Below, one piece after another: positions 8,092 to 17,200 of a stretch of 64,000 nucleotides of DNA. Every line of letters begins with the position of its first letter. Positions within the stretch are counted from its first letter, which is position 1. This stretch comes from a virus: IMG/VR virus record IMGVR_UViG_3300035670_000049, positions 1 through 64,000 of that record, one strand, 5' to 3'. The notes beneath the pieces are model-generated. The model was given only the letters and a program-made list of their open reading frames with translations. It searched no databases and had not been told where the DNA came from. The translations under genes and the position numbers were made by a program.

Positions 8092-11000
8092 TTAGATCAC
8101 CACCCCTCTCCATCCATCATTGCTTATATCGGCAACAGGATGAACGTGTTGTGGTGTATAAATCTGTGCCTGTGCCTGTGACTGTACGGTATTTGTCGTA
8201 AAGATGTATGCTTCTGCTTGTGCATAAACAACATAGGTTGTCTTTATTAAAGCCCCCGCCTGTGCGTAGGCTTCGATATCCGTTGTCTTTATGTATGCTT
8301 CTGCCTGAGCAAATTGTGAGTAGGTCTGCTTGATAAGGGCTTGCGCCTGAGCGTATGCCTCATTATCAGTTACCTTGATATATGCCTGTGCTTGTGCCCA
8401 GTTATAATAGGTTGCCTTTATTGCAGCCATGCTCTGAGCATAGGCTTCAATATCCCTTACGATAACGTAAGCATTTGCTTGCGCATATCCCTGATAAGTT
8501 TGAAGGGTTAGGGCCTGTGCTTGGGCATAACCATTCAATCCAGAAAGAAGAATGAATGCTTGTGCATTCGCATATCCCTGATAGGTGTTCTCGATCCAAA
8601 CAGATGTTTGTGCAAATCCGTTGTAAGTTGCTTCAATATTCGCAGCAGCCTGAGCATAAGCCTGATAGGTATTCTCAATCCATGCCTGAGCCTGAGCGAA
8701 TTGATTTATAGTAGTTTCAATCCATGCTTGGCTCTGGGCAAATTGTGCTGATGTAGCGGCTATCGTTGCCTGAGCCTGAGCAGACCAAACAACCTGACCA
8801 CTAATATAGGCACCAGATTGTGCGAATGTGTAGGTTGTTGCTTTAACAGTTGATTGCGCTTGTGCATGAACACGAGTCGTGGCAATCTTCGCTTGAGCCT
8901 GAGCATAGGCTTGATATGTCTGGATAATCTTTGCTTCTGCTTGCGAATATGCCTGATATGTTTGCTCGATCCATGCACCAGACTGAGCCCAAACATTATA
9001 GGTCTGTTCAATAGCAGCCTGTGCTTGTGCGTATGCTTGGTACGTTGCTTTAACGTGAGCCTGTGCTTGGGACACAACATAATATGTTTGCTTGATCTGT
9101 GCTTGCGCCTGAGCAAATACAGAGTATGCATTCTCTATCCAAGTCTGCGCTTGCGCATAGCCTTGATAAGTCGTTTTAATCAAAGCACCTGACTGTGCAA
9201 ACTGATTAACAGTTGCCTCAATCCAAGCACCAGTCTGTGCGAAACTGTTGTAAGTCTGCTTGATATCAGACTGTGCTTGTGCGAATAGATTGTACGTCTG
9301 CTCAATCCATGCTTCAGCCTGAGCATATTGCAGATACATTCCTTGAACTAATGCTGCGCCTTGTGCATATGCATCATACGTTGTTTTGATCTGCGCTTGC
9401 GCTTGTGCGAACACATATCGAGTTACAAGACTGATAACGATTTCAGCCTGAGCCTGTGCATATACTTGGTATGTCTGCTTAATCGTAGACTGCGCATTCG
9501 CATAGGCTTGATAGGTATTTTCGATCCATGTTTGTGCTTGCGCATAAACACTATTCAGTGTCTTGATATTTGCTTGCGCTTGGCTATATGCTTGATAGGT
9601 TTGTTTGATATCTGCTTGTGATTGCGCCCACACCTGATACGTTGTTTTTATTTGTGCCTGTGCCTGTGCAAATACTTCAATTTCTGTTGACTTGATGTAT
9701 GCATTTGCTTGTGACCATACCAGATAGGTCTGCTCGACCCACGCCGCTCCCTGAGCGTGTACACGGGTCGTAGCGATCTTCGCCTGAGCCTGAGCCCATA
9801 CCTGATAGGCTTGCTTGATCTGAGCATTAGCCTGTGCCCAATTATTTGTCGTTACCTCAATCCAAGCATTTCCTTGCGCCCATGCTTGATATGTCTGCTT
9901 AATTCGTGCCTGAGCCTGAGCGAAACCTTCGACCTCTGGCATCTTGATATACGCATTTGCCTGAGCCCAACTATTGTATGTTTGCTCAATCCAAGTTGCT
10001 GCCTGAGCATGAACACGGGTTGTAGAAATCTTTGCCCCTGCTTGTGCAAATACCTGATACGTTTTCTTGATACGTGCTTGGCTCTGTGCATATTGAGTAT
10101 AGGTAGCCCGAATAGTTGCCTGTGCTTGCGCGTAGGCTTCGATATCAGTGACTTTGATATAAGCATTTGCTTGTGCAAATACATAGTACGTTTGCTTGAT
10201 ATCGGCTTGTGCTTGTGCCCATTGTCGTGGGATACCGATGATCTGTGCATTAGCCTGTGCAGATACCTTATAAGCAGCGGCTCCTGCCGGTGGACGCTGT
10301 AGATAGGCTTGAGATACAATAAATTTAGCACCACTATCTGGATAGAAGCGTATTCTAAGATCACTATAGTCTGTAATAGCGTTCATTTCAGACTGAGAGA
10401 GTGCTAATTTTACAGTTTCCCAGCTTGAATTTGATATAGATGTATTAGTTATAAAATTAATACCTTGATATAACCTCGGACTAATGGAACCGCTTGCTCC
10501 AAAACGACAAGCAGTTACAACTAGGAAGTGATCTTTTTTCCAAGCAGGAGTTCCAAGGTCTTCAAGTTTTACTTCGACATAGTTAGTCGTACCATCGCTG
10601 ACAATGTAATCTGTGTTATCGAGAATGGCTTCATCGATAGCGCTATATAGATCAGTTGTTACTCCTATGAGAGCAAGAGATTGAGCAAAGGAATTTCTTT
10701 CTGTTGCCCCGGAAATTAGTTCAGCCTGTGCCTGAGCATAACTTTGATAGGTTGCCTTAATCTGTGCCTGTGCTTGCGCGTATGATCTATATGTAGTCTT
10801 GATTGAAGTTTGTGATTGACCATAGCCTTGATAAATCGCTTCAATCCAAGTCTGTGCCTGTGCATAAACTTGATACGCTTGTTTAATAGTAGTTTGTGCT
10901 TGCGCAAATACCACATATGTTGCTTTAATTGTTGACTGTGCTTGAGCGTATGCTTGATATGTCTTTATAATAGATGCTTGAGTTTGTGAGTAGACAAGGG

Positions 11001-14000
11001 AAGTTTTTGCAATAGAGGCTTGTGCTTGTGCAAACGTCGGTCCAATGACTGTTCCGCCAGATGCTGGACGTAATGCTCCAACAACACCAGACCACGCAAG
11101 AGACTGGGCTATTGTACCAGTAATTGTATCAGTAGTACCAGCAGTTGCTTTAATCCCATCTGCTGCCAGTGTATCCTTAATTGCAGAAGATTCAAATACC
11201 TCTGCAAACTCTGTAACAGGCTCATCAGCATCTATAGCAAGACGGGCTGCTGTTGAAGAGTTACAAGCAACACCAACAATTACCATTGCATTATCGGTAA
11301 CTGTGGAAATACCTGTTAAGGTAAATGTTAGAGCCGCAGCACCATCAGTACCAACAGCCGTAACATCAAGCGGATTTGTTGTATCAACTCCACTATATCT
11401 AGCTAAAACGTAGCCAGTATATAATGAGTTACTTGTAGTATAAGTGAAATTTCCCGACCAAGTACTAGTGGCTTTTCTACCGTAAAGATATGTATCTGGG
11501 TTGGTTTGTCCTACAGCCGATCCAATAAGTGTCCAACCATCTGAGGCAAGAGAGACAGTACCCGGACCACCGTTAAATCCAATAGTTAGTACTAGATAAT
11601 CATCTATAGATATTCCTGTAGGATATGTAACCGTATGTGTATATGGTCCTGCCCCTGTTGGAACCCCGCCTCCTGTAGAAAAGGTTTCTCGTACAATTGC
11701 TAAACCTCTTGGGTAGGTTTGTTTAATCTGTGATTGTACCTGTGAAAAGACACTATACACTTGTTTGATTTGTGTCTGAGCCTGAGCGAAGACTCTAGTT
11801 GTAGTAGCACCCCCACCACCGTATAATAGAGGTACAGCGACGAGGGAACGCTCTCGCACCGAATATGTACCCGGCGGAGATACAACAGAAGCATCAAGAT
11901 TAATTGTTCTTGCTGCCCCCGAAGTTAGGGAAACTTTGTTAAAAAATAGTACAGGTTGTAGATCATTAACATCCCAGTTAGACATACCGGGAGCATCATC
12001 GCCATAAGCAGGATCAGATGCCAGCCCACCACCAGATGGGTTGATCTGTAGTCTTGTTTTGAGTAATCTTGTGGAAGTTACTGTAACAAATGCTGTGGTT
12101 AGATATCCAAGAACAAGCCAATCCCCAGTTGTGGATGGGGTTGGGGAAACCGTTGCAACGGTCGTCCATGATGGATCGGTTGCAGGAGTAACATCTCCTG
12201 CTGTTCTCTCATACGCTACTGTACTAAACTTAGATAAATTTAGTGCAAATATGCTTGAGTTGAAAACAGTACCAGCAGTTGTTCCTGTATGTGCAGCATC
12301 TATGGTTACTGTGTGAGATGCATTAGACGGTACATATACTGCCGCCATTACTAGCGGACGGATATCATTAACAATATCCCCACCATCTTCGGTGGTTTCT
12401 ACCAGAGCATTTGCTACAGAATCATTAATTCGTAACTTGACGCTGGAGGTTCCGTCTGTAACTGGGGATAACCGTGTTGCATGGCCTAATATCAGCCAAG
12501 GATCAGTACCATCTGGAGTAAACGTCACAGAGGCTTGGCTAGCATAAGATGCTGTTGTAGTGTAATCTGCTGTAACACTATTGGTATAGTAGTCTGTATT
12601 CTCAGTTAACTCATCAGTAAGCCTGATGGCTACGATCCACGCATCTCCCGCTGTAGTTTGGGAAGCACTTGAATTTCGTACCTGTACTACATAGCGTTCT
12701 GCTGTTCCACCCTGTGTGTGGGTAAACATGAAACCGAATGGGGTTTTAGATGTTGTAAGAATAGATTCGTCAATAGACCCTGTACCATCTGTAAAGATTG
12801 TTGGTGTAGTACCATATCCTACCCGTACTTCAGCCTGAGAAGAAGCAGAGTCATTTTCTATGAAGCCCCCAACAAGAATTAGATATGTCTTATTGGCGAC
12901 CATATTTGTCGATGCAATCTCTGCGGCATCTGTCCATGTCGTACCTAGAACACTGAATCCAAGACCCTCAGAATAGTAGATACTTGCTGGAGTTGTGGAA
13001 CTACTAGAAATCTGCGCTTGGCTTTGGGCAAAAGATTTTCCAACACCAATAATCTGTGCTTGGGCTTGACCTGTTTGTTCAAAATATGCCTGAGATAATT
13101 GAAAATCATCTACTGTAGTAGTTTGTCCAGCATAGGCATTAAAAGCAGTTGCCACATGGCCGATTGGATATGAAACAAAGGAAGACTCATTAGTTATAGT
13201 TACATACGTAGCGGGCTCTGGATCGCCGTCTTTCCAAATCCTAACATAACCTGTTTGATATGTTCCATTATCCGCATGTTTCATCCAGCCTCTAAGCCAT
13301 ATCCAAGTTCCTGCTTGGTAATTTAATATTTCTGCAACACCGCCATTTGCCCCGCCCCATGTAGTATTGACCATTACAACACCGAGGATATTTCCATCGG
13401 CTACTTGGAATGTTCCTCCAAAACCATTACCAGCAGATAGAGAAGTTACAGAGGCATCCGTTCCATCTCGTACTATTACATAACTGTCAGCAGATGTACT
13501 CTCAAACTTAAACTTGAATTTAACCATCCAAAAATCGGGTGCCACAAGTTTTCCAAGGGATGCTCTAGGAGCAGTACCTGAGTTAGTGACGACTAACTGG
13601 GAGCCATCTACATCAAAGTAAGTAGGCTGATCTATAACAGTCCAAGCACCAGCGTTGTCACTTGTACCTAGCCCGTCTGTAACACTTCTTGTAAATGTAT
13701 CGTAAACAGATGAATAAACAGGAGTAGGAAGAATTTTTGCAGTTGCTTGCGCAAATACTCTATTTGTAGTAGAAATAGTTGCTTGGGCTTGTGCAAGACT
13801 ATTTACAACAGGAGCAGTATAATCTACTGTAATTGAAACGTAATCTATACGTGCTGTTTCTGAGGTAGCACTATTTGCTCTATCATATAAAAAGTGAGCA
13901 AATACTGTTTGATCCCGCAGATTCTGGAGCGTCGGCGTCGTCGTCGCGGTGCATTCGATCAGCACGTCGGTCGTACTGCTCGTATCAACCGGCGTGCCAA

Positions 14001-14286
14001 CGTCGGTTCCAGACGGATTTTCTATGGTAATCTGGATAATTGATCCAATACTCTGATTAAGACCAACTTCTGCACTAACTTTGACAGAATTAATAGTAGA
14101 ACCGTCAGGAATATCAGAAGTAGCGTAAGATGGGAATCCATATCTTATTTCAGCAGTACCATTTCGACTCGACAGCGTGATTGAAGCGTACTGATCATCA
14201 CTCGTAGTGCTATAGGCATTTGTTTGGCTAGACCATGTATCAACAACATCTGTGTAGGAGTTAGCAGCCTTAGTTAAAATAGCCAT
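8092..14286 (-). CDS. AQAQA-repeat fibre/adhesin-like protein 2 (2064 aa)
   Basis: Same repeat; N-terminal ~160 aa paralogous to protein 1; DTFTRSV..GLG lectin-like domain. Confidence 0.85.
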   Translation of the reverse strand: MAILTKAANSYTDVVDTWSSQTNAYSTTSDDQYASITLSSRNGTAEIRYGFPSYATSDIPDGSTINSVKVSAEVGLNQSIGSIIQITIENPSGTDVGTPVDTSSTTDVLIECTATTTPTLQNLRDQTVFAHFLYDRANSATSETARIDYVSITVDYTAPVVNSLAQAQATISTTNRVFAQATAKILPTPVYSSVYDTFTRSVTDGLGTSDNAGAWTVIDQPTYFDVDGSQLVVTNSGTAPRASLGKLVAPDFWMVKFKFKFESTSADSYVIVRDGTDASVTSLSAGNGFGGTFQVADGNILGVVMVNTTWGGANGGVAEILNYQAGTWIWLRGWMKHADNGTYQTGYVRIWKDGDPEPATYVTITNESSFVSYPIGHVATAFNAYAGQTTTVDDFQLSQAYFEQTGQAQAQIIGVGKSFAQSQAQISSSSTTPASIYYSEGLGFSVLGTTWTDAAEIASTNMVANKTYLILVGGFIENDSASSQAEVRVGYGTTPTIFTDGTGSIDESILTTSKTPFGFMFTHTQGGTAERYVVQVRNSSASQTTAGDAWIVAIRLTDELTENTDYYTNSVTADYTTTASYASQASVTFTPDGTDPWLILGHATRLSPVTDGTSSVKLRINDSVANALVETTEDGGDIVNDIRPLVMAAVYVPSNASHTVTIDAAHTGTTAGTVFNSSIFALNLSKFSTVAYERTAGDVTPATDPSWTTVATVSPTPSTTGDWLVLGYLTTAFVTVTSTRLLKTRLQINPSGGGLASDPAYGDDAPGMSNWDVNDLQPVLFFNKVSLTSGAARTINLDASVVSPPGTYSVRERSLVAVPLLYGGGGATTTRVFAQAQTQIKQVYSVFSQVQSQIKQTYPRGLAIVRETFSTGGGVPTGAGPYTHTVTYPTGISIDDYLVLTIGFNGGPGTVSLASDGWTLIGSAVGQTNPDTYLYGRKATSTWSGNFTYTTSNSLYTGYVLARYSGVDTTNPLDVTAVGTDGAAALTFTLTGISTVTDNAMVIVGVACNSSTAARLAIDADEPVTEFAEVFESSAIKDTLAADGIKATAGTTDTITGTIAQSLAWSGVVGALRPASGGTVIGPTFAQAQASIAKTSLVYSQTQASIIKTYQAYAQAQSTIKATYVVFAQAQTTIKQAYQVYAQAQTWIEAIYQGYGQSQTSIKTTYRSYAQAQAQIKATYQSYAQAQAELISGATERNSFAQSLALIGVTTDLYSAIDEAILDNTDYIVSDGTTNYVEVKLEDLGTPAWKKDHFLVVTACRFGASGSISPRLYQGINFITNTSISNSSWETVKLALSQSEMNAITDYSDLRIRFYPDSGAKFIVSQAYLQRPPAGAAAYKVSAQANAQIIGIPRQWAQAQADIKQTYYVFAQANAYIKVTDIEAYAQAQATIRATYTQYAQSQARIKKTYQVFAQAGAKISTTRVHAQAATWIEQTYNSWAQANAYIKMPEVEGFAQAQARIKQTYQAWAQGNAWIEVTTNNWAQANAQIKQAYQVWAQAQAKIATTRVHAQGAAWVEQTYLVWSQANAYIKSTEIEVFAQAQAQIKTTYQVWAQSQADIKQTYQAYSQAQANIKTLNSVYAQAQTWIENTYQAYANAQSTIKQTYQVYAQAQAEIVISLVTRYVFAQAQAQIKTTYDAYAQGAALVQGMYLQYAQAEAWIEQTYNLFAQAQSDIKQTYNSFAQTGAWIEATVNQFAQSGALIKTTYQGYAQAQTWIENAYSVFAQAQAQIKQTYYVVSQAQAHVKATYQAYAQAQAAIEQTYNVWAQSGAWIEQTYQAYSQAEAKIIQTYQAYAQAQAKIATTRVHAQAQSTVKATTYTFAQSGAYISGQVVWSAQAQATIAATSAQFAQSQAWIETTINQFAQAQAWIENTYQAYAQAAANIEATYNGFAQTSVWIENTYQGYANAQAFILLSGLNGYAQAQALTLQTYQGYAQANAYVIVRDIEAYAQSMAAIKATYYNWAQAQAYIKVTDNEAYAQAQALIKQTYSQFAQAEAYIKTTDIEAYAQAGALIKTTYVVYAQAEAYIFTTNTVQSQAQAQIYTPQHVHPVADISNDGWRGVVI

Positions 14287-14287
14287 C

Positions 14288-17200
14288 TTATATCACCACC
14301 CTTACCCAGTTATTTGTGGTGATATCAAGGACTGGTCGCTGATATACCGGAATATATACCAAGGCTAATGCTTGGGCACTGGCATACGTTGTTACAACCG
14401 CTGCTAAGATGGTTGCTTGTGATTGCGCCAATAAATTAGATGTTATTCGTATGTGTGCTTGTGCTTGGCTATAATTTAGCGTTATAGCCTTTATCGCTGC
14501 TTGGGCTTGTGCAAATGTTGGACCTACTACACTACCAGTTGTGGCTAGAAAGTCATCAAAAATGGCTGCGCTAGAACTAATGGAACTACGGATAGAGTAC
14601 GTAGCCGTACCGACCCCGCCAGATTGAATCTGGTTGGCAGACGTATTATCGGTAGTTTCGATATCCCATGTACTAGGTTCTGGCTGATCAAGCGTCCATG
14701 CACGGATTTTAAAAGTAGTGGGCGAATAGCCTGAAACATTAACCCTATATCTAGCATTATATGATGCCGTGTACGCTGTATATGTAACACTGGCTACTAT
14801 AGAAGCGACACCGGCAGTTATCCTATACAATATAACCGCATTGTCAGAAACTGTTACTCTGTATGCATCAGCCCCGGAACCCTTGCGAAGAAGAATGCCA
14901 GAATATACTGAGCCATAAACAACTGAGCCATCTTCTTCATCATACGAGTCTTTATCAGAAGTCAGATAAACATCGCCATCACCAAATGAAACCCCTGATG
15001 CTTGAGCGGAAAGAAGTCTAGAACCACTTGGCAGTTGAACACCGTGTCTGCCAGTCCCATCGCCCACATATGTAAAAGTGTAGCCTCCAGTTCCGATTAA
15101 AGTAGTAACATCCCAAGTCCCCCCAATATCGAGGCTAGAGCCATCAATATTGGTAGCAGGAGAACCGGCATAGGACTCTTGGGCAACGACTGTACTGCCA
15201 CCAAATGGGTAAGTCTGTTTAATCCAGACAGATGCTTGTGCATACGCTCTACTTGTTGCTTTAATAGTAGCAGCAGATTGAGCAAATGCCGGATAGGTTG
15301 CCTTAACTCTTGTCTGCGCTTGTGCATAGGCTTGACTGGTCTTAGTGATTGCAGCATTAGCCTGTGAGTAGACTTGATACGTTTGCTTTATCCGTGCATT
15401 AGATTGCGCCCAAACTTGATAGGTTGTCTTGATCTGTGTTTGTGCTTGTGCGTGATTATAGACAGTGCCTTTAATCTGTGCCTGTGCTTGTGCAGATACT
15501 TTATAGTTAGCAACAGAAGAAACTATCTCTGCTTGTGCTTGCGCGAATGGAGAACCTACAACCTCTCCTGCATATTGTACTGCAAGAAGATCATCATGGT
15601 ACGCAGGACTAGTTATGGCTGTAAGTCCCCAATAACCAGAGACTCTTTGGTGGGTGGCGGTATTATCTGTTGTTTCAATAATAGGAACTTTACCGGAAAA
15701 ATCTGAAGTATCTGATCTAAAAACTCTTAGGCGTGTTGGAGATTGTCCTATAACTTCAAAGCATATGTAACTTCCTGATCCAGCAACAGTAGATGCTAGT
15801 ACAGAACCGTGTCTATATAATGATACAGTACTTCCACTTAATCTAACAGAGTAATCATAATTAGGACTAGGAACTATATTTAAACGTAGACCAATATACG
15901 GAGTTGTTCCTGATAAATGTGCTTGTATATAACCATTACCAATAGTATTTACATCAGCCAATGTAGCATAATATGTCCCAAAAGTTTCTATGCTATCTAT
16001 CCGATCTAAATCCCTATCTAATCTCCAGTCGCTGGTAGCAGTCCATGTACCACCTATCTCTGCGGTATGGGTGCTAAGATCAACTAGTCCTGTTCCTTCT
16101 TCTGTAAAGGAATCTTGTGCGATTGTAGAAGGATTTCCCCAAGGATTAAATGACGGATAGGTTTGCTTGATACTTGTCTGTGCTTGAGCCGAAGATGCTC
16201 CCTTATAAACAATTTTAGCCCGTGCTTGAGCATGTCTTAACCAATCGATAGCAATTCCATTTTTAAATTCCAGATCATCTAAAGTTACTAAGATAGGGAG
16301 ATTAGATACGCTACTACTAGCATACGCTCTTATCAGAACTGGCCCCGGAGTAACTGTATATGGAGTAGAAACAGTAGTTTCAGTTGTTGCTGCCGTAGAC
16401 CAAAGAGGTTCTTCTGTGCCAACTTTCCACAGTTTTCTTCTGTTTAAAGTATACATACTTGTAGGAGATGTTGGAGGACGAGTAATTGCCTGTATTCTAA
16501 AGTTCCAAGACTCTCCTGCTGCATATGGAATGGAATTTGTTCCGCTACTATTACCACTTCCTATTCTTGAGGCCACCATAGTAAAAGTACTGCTAGTACT
16601 AAAGGTAATCTGGGCTCCAAACGACTTGGTAGTAATAGAAGGATCTTTTGTAGAGTAACCGCCCATAACGTGTACGATTATGCTATCAGTAGCAGGTATT
16701 TTATCTAAGGAGATTATTCCTCTTACCTCGTACCCATGTTCATGAACAGATGTTTTAGGTACTATTATAAGTTGTTCTCCACTTGTTATTAAATTAATCG
16801 TTCCGCTTGTTCCATTTACATCAAAATTTGATAGCGTACCGGCTTCTAATGTATATACATCGCCACTGTCATTTGCGCCCCAACCATCGGTAACGGTTCT
16901 ATTGAAGTAATCTGTTAAGTGGAATCGCTCTCCAGCAATACATGCCGCAACCAGTGCTGACCTTTCCATCGGAGCCTTAAGATATGCTTCTGCTTGAGCA
17001 TAAGTGAGTTTAATCTTAGATTCGATTAAAGCAGTTGTTTGAGCAACCTGATTACCTACTGGATAGAAAGTAAAATCATCGATAGAGGCAGTAATACTTG
17101 TTGTTGTGCTACTATTAATATAGCAACCTACCCAGTTAAATATGCTCGCTTGACTTTCTGAAAGTGTTGCACCAGATGCTGCCCAATCAGGCTCTGCATC

